Shown: positions 1 through 13,336 of the stretch, in pieces | Numbering within the stretch: the stretch's first letter is position 1 | Layout: the number at the start of each line of letters is the position of its first letter | DNA from: Antedon mediterranea | Lineage: Eukaryota > Animalia > Echinodermata | Direction of reading: 5' to 3' | DNA: 64,000 nucleotides | NCBI RefSeq assembly: GCF_964355755.1 | Contig: NC_092670.1 | Span: forward strand, 39,420,388-39,484,387 | Made by a program: the position numbers and the translations under genes | Notes under the pieces: model-generated | The model's input: only the letters and a program-made list of their open reading frames with translations | What the model was told of the DNA's origin: nothing | Database searches by the model: none

Positions 1-200
1 ATTGTAATATGTTCATTTTAATACTGTATGTTCATTTTAATACGTTCATTGTAATATGTTCATTTTTTATATGTATATTGTAATATGTTCATTGTAATAT
101 GTTCATTTTGATACTGTATGTTCATTTTAATATGTTCATTGTTATATGTTCATTGTGATATTTTCATTGTAAATACGTTATATGTTTAATGTAATACATT
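1..200. repeat. Degenerate ~14-bp minisatellite (aatatgttcattgt) in the last SDHA intron
   Basis: Repeated atatgttcattgt/atatgttcatttt units read directly. Confidence 0.8.
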
Positions 201-222
201 CACATCATTGTTTTCTTTTCAG

Positions 223-309
223 GTTAAATTAGATTATAGGCCAGTAATTGATGAGACGTTAGATCAAGAAGATTGTGCAACGGTTCCACCAGCAGTTAGA
301 TCGTACTAA
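223..309 (+). CDS. SDHA: Succinate dehydrogenase flavoprotein subunit, last coding exon (gene begins upstream of the window)
   Basis: Acceptor ttttcttttcag at 211-222, then [28 protein letters not shown]-stop, which matches the conserved animal SDHA C-terminus ([24 protein letters not shown]). Confidence 0.93.
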   Translation, partial: VKLDYRPVIDETLDQEDCATVPPAVRSY

Positions 310-3300
310 TTGCAGCATATAAATATCATAACGGTTCCACCAGCAGTTAGATTGTATTAATCTCAGCAGATCGACAACACAAGCATGCACTCCCTATGAT
401 ATGGTAGCGTTTTCATTGTTAGATATTAATGACCTTTTTGTTTTCACGTCATGCCACTAGACTATGCCGCTATTGAGTCTAAAATCATATGGTCCTAGAT
501 GTCTGCAGTGTGACCTTTTGACTCAACAGCTGTGTAGTCATGGCACATGAAAGCAAAAGGTTGTTATATGTTATGGCAACCAATTTACTGTTTCCTTCTT
601 ATTTGTGTGTGGGTGGGGCGGGGTTGAGGAAGGGATAGTTTGTTGTGATTTGATCAATTATCAGGAAAAAATTTGATTTATTTTGTGTTTATCAGGTTTC
701 AATACAACAATAATGTTAGATTGAATATTTTGCTTATAAATTAACTAATGTTAAAAACAGAATAGTAGATTTCACAAAATATAATAATTATTATGTACAT
801 AATATGAGTATCATAGGGGGGAAATATCTGTTTTTAGTCGCTGTGGGTGTGAAATGTACAGTATATACAATTACTTTATGAATAAATTAAGACGTTAAAT
901 ATTATTTCTTCCTTCCTCAATCAGCCTTGTTTGTCTACACTATCAAACTTTATGTGACAAAAAAATGTGATGTGCCCATATATGGACATGATGTCATATC
1001 ACTACCATATTTGAGCATATCACTACCATATTTGAGCATATCACTACCATATTTGGGCACATCACACTGTTTTTGTCAAACTAGTTTAATAGTGTTTGTC
1101 ATGATTTATACTTTGTTTCTAAACCATCAACATACAAAATATAAAGTATTTCTGAAAATGAACAAGTTGAATGGTTAATTGACACCAAACCATCGTGTTA
1201 TGCTATGTCTACACTATCAAACTTTACGTGACAAAAATGTTGATGTGCCCATATATGATCATATTTTGGCATATCAGTACAATATTTGGGCACATGAAGT
1301 GATAGTTTAGACAGAGCTTAACAGCGGTAGTAACGCGTTTCATATCGTGTAGAAAACACGAAAAATGTTACTACAAAAATGGAAATTATTGAAAATAGTT
1401 GATATAGCATATTTATAACCTGAGCTGTAGTGTATGCTTTCCATTGGCATGCACGGTTTCGTCTTAATTTGCCGTCTTAAAAAATTGCTGACTAGCGTAT
1501 TTCTTTACCAGCCTGTAGTGTACGCTACAAAGGCCTACATAATACCACATTTCTTAATATTGTATGGTTTTATCATTTTCAGTCATTATAGTTTGCACAA
1601 TTAAATGATATTGAAATGTCTATTCACCCTTCTGATAGGAAGTTGGTCCTTAGGAACCATGCGCCCTGTGTCACCTGGAAACACAGCCACGTTCTTCTTC
1701 CTTTTTACGTCTAAACTCCATCCTGCCGTTTGACATATCGTTTCATTCTCTCGGGTTAAAAAATGTGTGTCACGAGCTATCTGCCGGTGTTATTAGGCCT
1801 ACAAGTAAAATACCATCAACGACTAAAGTGGTCTAAATCGGGCATTAGTTGAAGGTTTAGCCATCGACTATAGTCATTTTGGAGATAACTCAATTTCCTA
1901 GGATCAAATATGATATAGTACTTCACTGCAATGTTAAAGGATGTATCGTTAAGCTAAGGCTAAAAAACAATAGCCGTTAAATCATTGATAAAATAAAGGA
2001 AAAAACTTCAAAAGCCATGGATTGGGAATGACCAGGATCTGAGCAAAAACATACGTAATAGTTTAACCTTGCTAGAAAACAATTAAATTAATCCTTTTAT
2101 ACCGTTAATATCTACGATAACTGCATTCCCTTATAATGATTATAAATTAACCAGTGGCGAATCCAGGATTTTTTAAATATAGGTGAGGCGTGGTTAAAAA
2201 AAAATGTGATGGACCGGTTGAGTCCCCCAACTTCACTTTGATCCGCCTGTACGGTAGTAGATCATGTGTTCATGACACTAAAGTAGTCTGCCAGCAGTCA
2301 CGTGGCTGATTGATGTTCTGTTGCTTCATGTCATCACTTCATGTGACACTTGTGTTCGTCAAACCACGAACATTAATCAAACGTGATTAGTATAATAGAT
2401 ACATTTGTGACATTTTGTTTCTTGGAATTCTATTAATGTATTTCGTTCCGTCCTGCATCCAGTATCCGTAACGTCCGTTAAATTACTAATAATATACTTG
2501 GTTCCAAAAATCATAAGTAATTAATAATAATCATACGTGATTAATAATAATCTATTCATATTATTGTGACGTGATTAATCTGTCATTGAAGAATACGTAC
2601 TTCTTAGAATCATGCATATATATGACTAATTAGAACCAGTGCTTTCCAAACAAAATAAAGAAATGAAAGCTATACAGAATATATGTTGGTTCCCGGTCCC
2701 ACTAGTGACGCAACGCAATGACGTGACGCAACGCAATGACGTAGACGTAAAGCAAGCAATTGAACCAATCACAAGCGACAGTTCGAATAATCCATCGCTT
2801 GTGATTGGACATATCACTATATCGTTGCGCTTACATCCTTAAGCCTTGTCTACACTACCAAACTTGATGTCATATCACTACCATGTTTGGTCATATCACT
2901 ACTATATTTGGGCACATCACATTTTTTTTGTCATACTAGTTTAATAGTATAGACAGGGCTTGCGTCTCTAGTGGAAACCAAGACTGAATTGAATTTGTAT
3001 ATTATTTAGAAATACGAAAAACTTAATTTTAAAATCGACACCAATTACCACGGATTCAACAACTTAACATCGTTGTTGTAATCTCGAGAGCGATCTCGTT
3101 GTAATTATCGGATTCTTGTCCGAATTCCGATATGATCATTATCATTTTGCATCATAATTAATCCGGAATGTTTGAAATTCCTTGTGACAGGGCTTGGTAT
3201 ATTACCGTGGGGAATACTTAATACACCGGTGGCACTAGAGAACTGCCAAATTCAATGTACCTAAATGCAGTAGTAATTAATTAACGTTAATTACTTACTT

Positions 3301-3551
3301 TATAAGTATGGTTACGACGATTAATCCATCGCTTGTGATTGGACATATCACTACTTGTGTTGCGCTTACACTACACTACTACACTATCAAACTTTATGTG
3401 ACAAAAAAATGTGCTGTGCCCATATGGACATGATATTATTTATCCACCATATTATACACCATATTTATACACCATAAGCATATCACTATCATATTTAGGC
3501 ACATCACACATTTTTGGGTCAAACTAGTTTTATAGTGTAGACAGAGCTTAA

Positions 3552-3730
3552 AGCGTGGTTCCCACTAGCGACGCAACGCAAGGACGTAACGCAACGCAAG
3601 TGAATTGACCAATCACAAGCGATGAATTATTCGCTTGTGATTGCTAACTGTCTATAACTTTGCTTGTCATTGGTTAAAACGCTTGTGTTGCGTTTACGTC
3701 CTTGCGTTACGTTCTAGTGGGAACCAAGCT
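3552..3730. mobile_element. MITE family 2 (AGCTTGGTTCCCAC termini, Harbinger/Tourist-like)
   Basis: Long imperfect palindrome flanked by TAA on both sides. Other copies at about 2685-2985 (interrupted), 16819-16975, 23674-23829 and 24901-25080. Confidence 0.85.
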
Positions 3731-5714
3731 TAAGGCACATCTTCTATAACATCTTCACCCTATTACTAACATTAATGTTCTTTTACTAGTAATGGTTGCG
3801 GTGCACCACATCCCCTCTTCTTCCCCCCTTCTCATCACATACTCACTTTTCCCCTCTTCACACTCTGAGTCAGTCGTCGAGTATAGGCCTATGCCTCCTT
3901 ATCTTAACCTACATTATTTATAATCGTCCGGTTCATTCCTCGATAGATTGATAGAGGAAATTATTAATCGTCTGTAATTGCAATAATGATTTGACAGGAA
4001 AAATGAACATTTAGACCTAAAGGGTGATTGAATACGTTCTTCTAACTTTTATGAATTATAATTATATGATTAATGTATTAATGTTGGCTAGCCTATATCA
4101 CGTGTTTGTTTAAAATATTTTGGTATTGTTCAAAATACGGCTCTTAAGCTCTGTCTACAGCGGTTTCAAACTAGTTTGACAAAGAAAGTGTAATGTTCCC
4201 AATATGGTGGTGATATTCCCAAATATGGTAGTGATGACATCATCATGTCCATATATGAACACATCACATCACATAAAGTTTGATAGTGTAGACAGAGCCT
4301 TACGTTCCAAAAACAGAGTGCCTACAGTATACGTCGATTATCGTTCATTTCCATAAATTGATTATGTTTTATCGCGTGTTATAATCCATGCCTTGTCGCG
4401 GACAAGTGTAGCATATGATGTTTGCATACGTTTGTGAATAATTTATTTTTCATTAAATCGATTGTGTTGCACAATTTGTTACCATTTGATTATTCCCAGG
4501 TATGATGATCTTTCCCAGGTGCCCAGAAGGTGATTCAATCTGGGGGACTTAATTTACACCCCGCGGTCTCTCTTTCAACGCCTAATATACGATGACGTTT
4601 CCAGATACTCAATGTAAGAGATTATCTATATATAAATTGTCATAAAGAATTAAGCGCGCCACCAGGCCTTGTCTTTTTTCTAATAGGGCTAATTTTAATT
4701 CGCATGATCGGATGTGATTGCCCTTTTACCTAAATAATATAATAATTAGATATATATCAAAATGAAAAACACAGTTGTTGACACGCAGACAGGTAATTTG
4801 GGGAAACAACACGATACTGAGAGGAAGTCATATGGAACGCCGAAAAGGACAATTTGATCGATTTTCCCGCTCACCGCGCGGCCAACTGGTAAAATATTAA
4901 TATGATAAATAATTATTGTATTATAAGGTTAATTTATGTGTCATATCCATTTTATTTTTTTTATGCTGAACTTCATTTTGCATTTAGAAGCACCGAAGCA
5001 GTTAACTTAAATTTCGTATGCCCTACGGATGCAAGGAGAATATACTAAGCAAATGCGCTGACATTAAGTTTATGTTGCCCCAAAACGCTTCTTGAATGTA
5101 GAGAGATGAATGTATTTTCAAACATACTTTATTTGCATACATTTATGTTATTTATGTTTAAACACAATCTTGAAGAGTTTCCTGTGACAATGTTATTGAA
5201 TGATTTAGACAACAGTGTATACGTGCGCAATGTGGGCGTCCTGATCCAATTGGGTTAATTAACCGTAACACCACTATAACAAGAATCACTTTACTCAGTA
5301 GATTTAAAACGAAACTTTAATTTAGTTGGTGTTTACTTGCTATTATGTGTCAATTTCCATCTATCATGACCTTGAGAATTGCTTTCAACACTTACCAGAT
5401 GGTCATCACACGCCCATTTTGGCGCCAAAACTTATTTATAAAAATAAATAAAACTAATATATTTGATTTCGCGTGATTAAAGTCATTCAAGATCACTAAG
5501 GATTCTTGCTGGTATCGTTGTTTACATATAAATACATTGTCAAGAGTTTATATAAGATCAATACAATGACAAGGGGTACTTGATGGGGAACCTAGAGTGA
5601 CGTCACACCAGTTATTGATACTCGTTAGGCCTATTCTTCAATAAGCATTCTTCGTCAATGCAATAAGTTGAGTCTTGAAATGTATGACACGATTTCCCAA
5701 TGTGTATATATAGT

Positions 5715-5985
5715 CGGTCATCCCCACTACTAGGGGCCACACTTAATTGATCTTATTTGTATTAGTCGATCCCCACTACTAGGGGCCGGCCTACACTAAC
5801 CAACGGCAATTGATCTTATTGTATAGTCGGTTCCCCTTACTACTACTAGGGGCTTACACTAACCAACGGCAATTGATCTTATTTGTATATCGGTCCCCAC
5901 TACCAGGGGCCTACACTAACCAATTGAATTGATCTTATTAGTTGGTCCTCCCCACTAGGCTACTAGAGGCCTAATGTACACTAAC
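5715..5985. repeat. Tandem repeat, ~55-65-bp unit, 4-5 copies
   Basis: Unit resembling gtcggtccccactactaggggcctacactaaccaacggcaattgatcttatttgtata repeated with variation. Confidence 0.8.
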
Positions 5986-7377
5986 CGTTTTGTGGTTGCG
6001 CGCGCATAAAAACGCGCGCCATAACATTAATCAATTGATACATGTGCCTAAATGCACCTGACACCATAGTATTTCAATTGCTTCCAGTAACCCTACACGT
6101 TGTAGTTTAATAAACGCAATATGGTATGTTTACATCCGTCATACCTTCAGGCGAGGTATTCAAGTTTACAACCCGACGACCGTGAATCATTCATACCTCA
6201 GAGACAGGAAACCCATATTAGGTTTGTCAGGTATCTCAATCATAGTTTGCAACAGCTCGCATTTATTTCTTGACAAGCGTGAAGCTTAGCACATCATAAG
6301 AATGTGTAATATGATATTAGTTCATTCATGATATTAAAGCTGTGACACTGTTAACATTGAACGCGCGCGTAACATCACAAAATATAGACACGCGCGTAAA
6401 ATACAAAATGTAGACGCACGCGCGTAAAAGAACAAAATGTAGACGCGCGCGTGTAAAAGTCGTACCATGATTTATCAACATTTAAATTCGTGTCTCAAAA
6501 TGTGTTTGATTCAGCCGCCATATGATAGGTCACTCTTATTTGTTTTTCCCACAGTATTATTTACAGTAAACGCAATTGGCTTCCTCATCATCAATTGGAC
6601 GTTATAAATCAAATGTTGTCATTTTGAAAAGTCACCATACCTCGTTAATCAAACTGAAGTAATTAACTCGTTCTTACAATGATTGTTCACATCACCACTG
6701 TTGTGATATAGTGGCATTTTAATATTGATAAATATTGAATTAAATTAACCTATTTGAATACTGTACATCGTCAGTAACGATGTAGGCCCTATAGAAAAAG
6801 TTAACACGCGCGCGTACAAAATCTGTACCATTATTATCACAATTTGGACGTGCATAGTATCCTTGCAATGCTTCTAAATATGGCATGAAAGTAAAATCAA
6901 GCATGAACAGTATTCACGTTTGCTTTAAATAGACGCACAGACGGTTGTTGATTTTTTATTTCCTTCCTTTTAAACAACACTAATTAATTTGTTTGCGAAT
7001 CTTTGTTCCTAAAGTCATTTAGGAAATAGGTTTTTGCGCATGCCCATAAGTCATCCCATGGGTATGTGCGCCGAACGCGACAGATGATGTTGTATTACGC
7101 GATGACGTCGTGACTAAGCTATTATAAAGTTTGTTTTCAACAGAAATATGAGTCATTCTTCCTTAAAACTAAACAGATATATTTTTCTTCAATAATTTAC
7201 TTGTATCAATCACTAAAGAAATGCAATAAGACATTTTTTCTCGAGTATATGTAAACAACACATCATTTTACAGAGAGTTTTTGCAACATGATTCTGCAGC
7301 CACAGACAGGTTCTAAAAAGAAACATAAACAACCCCTAATACTATGAACATTTAGAAGACAAATAATTTACTGTCAT

Positions 7378-7770
7378 TTTATTCTATAGTACCAATAGTC
7401 AAGTTGCTTTAAGTACAATAATAAAACCACTTATTTCTACAGTACAAATAGTCAAGTTGCTTATATTCAATAGTACTAATAGTCAAGTTGTTTATTCTAT
7501 AGTACCAATCGGCAAGTTGCTGTAAGTACATTAATAAAAGCTGCTTACTTCTACAGTACAAATAGTCAAGTTGCCTATATTCGATAGTACCAATAGGCAA
7601 GTTGCTGTAAGTACAGTAATAAAGCTGCTCATTTCTACAGTACAAATAGTCAAGTTGGTTATATTCTATAGTACCAATAGTCAAGTTGCTTCAAGTACAT
7701 TAATAAAACTATTTATTTTCTACAGTACAAATAGTCAAGTTGCTTATATTCTACAGTACCAATAGTCAAT
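7378..7770. repeat. Compound minisatellite (tattctatagtaccaatagtcaagttgct core)
   Basis: Core repeated about 9-10 times with periodic spacer units. It explains the repetitive ORFs 7409..7684 and 7571..7765. Confidence 0.85.
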
Positions 7771-8120
7771 TTGCACAAGGTTAATGAATAAACTTTTAAT
7801 CAACACACAATATTTAATGCACCAGTGATATATTTTATGTTTATATAAAGTTATATATTAATCTCAGCCAATAAATATTGGCAAAAAAAGTGTATTTTAA
7901 ATAATCATACATAATATATTAATAAATTAATTATACTGTATTTACATTTATAATATAGTAAAAAATAAATAAATATATTTATTTTAATCTGTATAATATT
8001 TTACTATTTCACACAACTTCATCTGAAAGAATGTGTAACCCTGTAAATGTTGGACTATGCTATAAAACAATTTGACTTAATATATAGGATATTACATGAT
8101 AATACAAACAACAATTTGGA

Positions 8121-10559
8121 CTACTTGACACTCTCTAGAAGTTCAAGATATTTTTGCACCGTGTGAACCGCTTTTTTACGGGCGGTCCTAATGTCAATTT
8201 TACCGTTTGTCTCTATTTTGTCAAGTTCCAGAAGATTTCGCATTAGCATCTCTTCCAACCTAAGATATTCCTTATCGGATTTACTTCCGCTCAAACCAAC
8301 AACTTGTTTACCGAGGTTGTCAGCGTCCGCTTGAATTTTGCCGATGCTAACAAGTATGGGATGCACATCCTTCGCTGTATCAGATCCTGAATCGCTAGTA
8401 GTTGATTGGCTGTTTTCAGCAGAACTATTTTTCGTTCGTCTTGGTAAATTTGAACCTTTTGGATTCGGGCTGGAAGGCTCTGTAGTAGTTTTTGTACTAT
8501 TTCTTGGTATGTCTGCAGTTGACAAAAATGTTTTACTTTTTGGAGATTTTGCCCTGCGAACCTCTAAAGGTATACTTTGGGCACTTGGAGGTATGTGAGC
8601 TGACGAGAGAAAGGATCGTCTTTTGTTTGACATTGGTGACACTGGTGACATGGGCTCTGGTGTCGATTGTTTGTCAGTCTTTGGTGACGAAGAAGAATGT
8701 CCATTTGAAAACAAATAATTGGAATCGACTGGAGGGCGTTTTGGAATATGCAATGCTCCGCTACGTAATTTCCTCGACAATGGCGGAGACACTATTCCTT
8801 CTGTTTTATCAAAACCATTTCTTTGTTGTTTATAATCGTCTTCAACTTCGGGAAAAATAGTACTGTTTTTACGTTCGTGAAATTGAGCATTTGAATAGAC
8901 TTGAGATTGGTCATCTCCACCGTTTCTTTGTTTGGATTTTGGGTTCATTTTTTTCCAGTTTCTATCTTGAAGAACGTTATTTGAAAAAATATCACATTCA
9001 GGTATTTTTCTATCCTTACTGCGCATTCCCCTTTCATGTTGGGTATGTCCATGATGACTTTTATAGTTTCCGTTTGGTTTGAAAGGCATACTGAATCTAA
9101 CGTCGTCCAACACCATACCACGCCTACGTAATTCAGGGCTTTCCACGCGGAGTGGCGCTGGCGTTTCATTGCTATAAATCGCATTTGGAGATTTTGCATT
9201 AGCTTGTCTTCTGTGAACAAGCGGATTATTCGTCGTGTTCCTATCTTCTTTCGATCTTGTTATTGGTCGATTTTTCCAATGGAAAGAGTCGGAAAACATA
9301 TCCTCAAATATGTCATTTTTATCACTGAGCATTGTCTGAAAAAAAAAAAAAATTGATGATTTAAAGAGACAACTAATAAATATTAAAACTAACATTAGTA
9401 CTAGGTAGGGCATACCTAATACTGTAGGTCTATTATACTCTATAGATAGGGCCTAGGGCTAAGCAAACCAGTAGTACTAATTTTAACAATACACTTAATA
9501 CTAACAGGCATAGGTTTTAACTGATCTATTTCGCCAACCATCAAAGGTCTATTCAACAATGCAGTCATGATGAATATAAGGTTCACTAACTAGTTAAGCA
9601 ACTGATTGGAAAGTTCTAACCACACTTTTATATAAGTTTGTCATGCCCGAATAAGTTTAATAGTTGCTGTTTACTGATTGGTTGAGGAGAAAAGTGGGTG
9701 TTATCACTGCACTTTCTGGAACCATAAAGTTACATACAGTACTACCCAATGTTTGTTTTATTCCAAAAAACTTTAAAAAATGTTATAAATGGTCTTTGAA
9801 ATGGGTTTAGGGTAGATTTTGGTATTATTTATTGACATCATTCTTGTTTGGCCTTGAACTAGTATATGGTATTCATCAAATCATAAACCTTCCTTACGGT
9901 CATACAGATAGCAATTCAAATACTTTGAACAATAGCACTTTGTGTTGTTTGTTAATTCTATAATATTGCATTATTGTGTGGGCATGGATCAAACAAAAAT
10001 TCAGCATTTTTATACCTCCTACACCCGGGCCATGGTAAATATATGGTTTAGGCTATAGTATGAGTATGGAGCTTTTGTATTCGATAATATTAATATTATT
10101 ATTATAATTTAATATTATAAATAACATGTTTTATTTTCTTCTTTTTTCTTTTACTTACTACTAGTACTAGGCTAGTACTGCTAGCCTAGGCTAGGCCTAT
10201 TCTACTAGGCTAGAACTATAGACTTTAATAGTGTAGACAGATAAATCACAATATTTTTTATTTTATCAATAGCGATTTATGCCTAGGCCTAGGCTAGGCC
10301 TCTATTAAATCCTGGGCCTATATTAGCTAGCGTATGAAACTAAAACAAAATGAGAAAAAACGTGACAACCTACCTTGTCTGAATGTGATCGAGGGTCTTC
10401 CCACGATGTTGTTTGCGAGTTGTGATCAACAAAAAATGGGCAGTTCGTTTTCTGATCAATTAGCATTTCCCAACCGGAAGGTAGTGGATCTCGTACAGAT
10501 ACTGGTCTGTGTAGCTTTGCTTCACGAAGATTTTGATAAACCGATTCATCATCACTCAT
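8121..10559 (-). CDS. BAG3: BAG family co-chaperone with N-terminal WW domain and C-terminal BAG domain (BAG3-like), 466 aa
   Basis: Exons 10559-10374 and 9335-8121, phase-0 GT-AG intron. WW domain [36 protein letters not shown] domain [48 protein letters not shown]. Pro/Ser-rich linker. WW+BAG is the BAG3 architecture. Confidence 0.88.
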
Positions 10560-11223
10560 TTTTTATACGTTTTAGCCTCTGAAGTTGAGAACATTCAAGA
10601 AACTTCGTGGTACCCTCAGCTGTTTGTGGTAATTCGAGAATCCACTGGATTAAACTCGAGCGGATGTTTATGTCGAGCGTATAAAATATAGCACGTGTGC
10701 GATTACCAAGTTGGACGAATAAAAAAACTGTGCGAACAATAATATTTTCTGTTTGTCGCCCTCTCAATATTTGAAAGATTAAGTTTTCTGGCGATTCGTA
10801 TTTTTTATGATTAATTATTAATTACAGTAATAATAATTTTCTTTTTGTAAGTTTAATATTTCGTTAATAGGAATCTATTTGTCTAATAATTAAAACAGAG
10901 GTTAGAATAAATAACTGTACGTGACACTATACGAGGTAGAAACTAGGGCTAGGCCTAGGCCTGGCCCTCCTCTACTCTAGCAAGGCTACTACCGGAGCTA
11001 GCTAGGCCTTAGGCCGCGCCGGGTAGCAATTCTGGCTTTGCGGAAGTCTTATGCACTGCCAATAATAGTGTAGGGGTGTTGCTGTGGACTCTGCAGATTC
11101 ATATTCCTACGTTATGGTAGGGTAGGCCTAGCTAGGGCCCTATTCCATCTAACTAAATAATAAGAAAATGATTTGTGATGATTGAATGAAGTCACTTTTA
11201 ATTTTCAGGAATAAAACTCCATA
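10560..11223. promoter_or_regulatory. Probable bidirectional promoter and 5' UTR region between BAG3-like and MFF
   Basis: Divergent start codons 664 bp apart, with locally retained CpG. Transcription starts cannot be seen from sequence. Confidence 0.55.
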
Positions 11224-12882
11224 ATGACTGCGAGTTTAGATTTATCCATGTCAAGTTCATTTGACGACATGGACCATCAATATAGTGCTGACTTCAGTGA
11301 AGAAATCAACACTAAAATGAGGATACCAGATCGGCTTAGCATGGGAGCTGGAGATGATTCAATGAATATGTACGACATGGACAATGATCATCACACAGGT
11401 GGCGGGATGGAGGTACCTGATAGGATCATTATAGCTGGTAAGAATGGTGGTACTCTAGCCCATGTACTGTGTGCAGCCCATGTCATGATGATGGTTTTAC
11501 CAAGGCAATCTAACAACAGGACTCGGAGCTCACCCTGCCAAGATAGGAAGCCGTAACAGTCCTTTGATCTTATGTCTGGCTGCGACAAATACCAATTTCC
11601 TAATTTCTTTATTCCAATTTCAGGTTCAGATGAACATGTAGGTTTGAAGCGCCCTCCGAAGTTATTAGACTTTGATACACCGAATCCAGGTAAAAACGTT
11701 AAAGTTTAAAAAAGCAATAGCGTCTACTCAACCAATACCGGAATCTCTAAAAACCGGAAAAAACTGTCCAAAATCCTGAATTTTCATGAGGTCGTCCAAA
11801 AACACAGAATTTCAGAAAACCAGTATCAGGCCAGCCAATGTTCAGTATTGGAAAGGGTTGACTATACTTGTATACTATTCATAATTCAAGCCTTATATTA
11901 TTCCATATCACAAATAATATCTGTGATATGGAATAATATTCTATTACAAAATGTGTGAGCTGTTTCTGCTGTTTTGTTTATTGTAACTTTCATGTTTTTA
12001 TAGTGCACACTGTTGTCGGTTTAACCACTCCACCTCGGACGCTAACGTTAGATGAATTCAACTTTCCAACAGCAGGTGAAACTACCACCAAATCAAAACC
12101 TTCAGAAAATCAGAGTAGACTAATACCGTGAGTGACATTATTATAATCTGTTTAAGTTCTGTCTACACTATCAAACTAGTTTGACAAAAAAGTGTGATGT
12201 GCCCAAATATGGTGGTGATATACCCAAATATGGTAGTGATATAACATCATGTCTATATATGGGAACATCACATTTTTTTTGTCACATAAAGTTTGATAGT
12301 GTAGACAGAGCTTTAGTGTTCCTTTGCCTTTGTATTCAGGACTTATTACTGTAAAGTGCTCAGTAAAAGATCAGGGCTGGCATTTATCAATAAGGTTTTA
12401 TTTGTCGAATAAACCTCACGTTACAGATATAAAATGAGGAAAAATCTTCATTTTGTAGACCACTACGAAACCATGTATTTTACCTTGACAGTACTGAGGC
12501 CGAGTGACCAAGCAGGGAAACAAAAACAAAAATGATTTTATCTAAGTTAATACTTATCTAAGGAAGCCTTAAATATTGTATTGACTTAAGCAAAAAATAC
12601 ATAGTATTTAAGAGAAATGTCACACTTACGTGTGATTGGTGAATTTTAATATTATTATCATAATTAGTATTATTAATATTTATTGAATCTAATTACAGCG
12701 CTGTTGAAGAAGCCAGTATCGACACAAGCCAACTACATCAACACATACTACTTCTCTCGCACAGGTTATCGCAGTTAGAATGTGAAAACAACCAGCGCCG
12801 CCAACGGGAAAAATACCTCTACATAACTGGTGCTGTATATCTAGTATATAAAGCAATGAAATATCTCTTTGCGTCAACTTGA
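11224..12882 (+). CDS. MFF: Mitochondrial fission factor (MFF/Tango11-like), 195 aa
   Basis: Exons 11224-11437, 11624-11689, 12004-12127, 12699-12882, all phase-compatible. Repeats KMRIPDRL and MEVPDRIIIAG, the TPPRTLTL motif, a coiled coil LSHRLSQLECENNQRRQRE, and a C-terminal tail anchor YLYITGAVYLVYKAMKYLF. Confidence 0.9.
11720..11866. mobile_element. Degenerate Tc1/pogo-type MITE
   Basis: Terminus ...ggaaagggttgactata. A related copy at 47879-48050 has cagtcaactctccc...gggaaagtttacta termini flanked by TA. Confidence 0.5.
12155..12312. mobile_element. MITE family 1 (TIR AGCTCTGTCTACACTATCAAACT, TWA target duplication), representative copy
   Basis: ~23-bp TIRs, TTA on both flanks, internal 21-bp repeats. 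About 30 full or partial copies start near 925, 1203, 2842, 3376, 4146, 12987, 15850, 17865, 24005, 25872, 27067, 34298, 34831, 37180, 39724, 40645, 42820, 43325, 44761, 45507, 46352, 48270, 49998, 50698, 51900, 52527, 53065, 54493, 58810, 61580 and 62229. Confidence 0.92.
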
Positions 12883-13336
12883 AATCTGGCTTTTACAGTG
12901 TTTGCTTACTAATGGACAATGGTGTATAATTTATGATTTTGAAATCAAAATATATTGAGACAGTCTGGTAGATGTATCTTCAAATTAGCTCTATCTAACT
13001 TTATGGGGAAAAAAAGTGTGATGTGCCCATGTATGGACATGATGATGTCATATCACTACCATATTTAAGCATTTCACTACCATATTTGGGCACATCACAC
13101 TCTTTTGTCAAACTAGTTTGATGGTGTAGACAGATTTTTTTTTTTTTGCATTTAAAATGTTTGATGTTTTTGATTATATTGAAATCATTTCTGTGTATTT
13201 GGTTTTTTACAAAAAATATGAGTATGTAATATTTGAATATATGTAAACAATATAACAGGGTTCTTTACTATAGCAGTGGAAAGTTTATCCTAACATGTTT
13301 GGGCCCATTTCTGTGATGCGTTGCCCTTAAAAATGC

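Noticed and set aside
927-1178. Recurrent [14 protein letters not shown] peptides in many small ORFs (also 37180, 40562, 46390, 51813, 53013, 58720)
   Set aside because: All are readings of MITE family 1, not a protein family.
1600-1900. Coding-like stretch on the minus strand (IARDTHFLTRENETICQTAGW...)
   Set aside because: No convincing start, partner exons or recognisable motif.
8338-9220. ORFs overlapping BAG3-like exon 2, and similar antisense ORFs at 15416, 41374, 41785, 52760 and 56181
   Set aside because: Shadow frames of real coding exons.
12781-12830. Suspected frameshift in the last MFF exon
   Set aside because: Re-reading gives ENNQRRQREKY in frame through to the stop at 12882.
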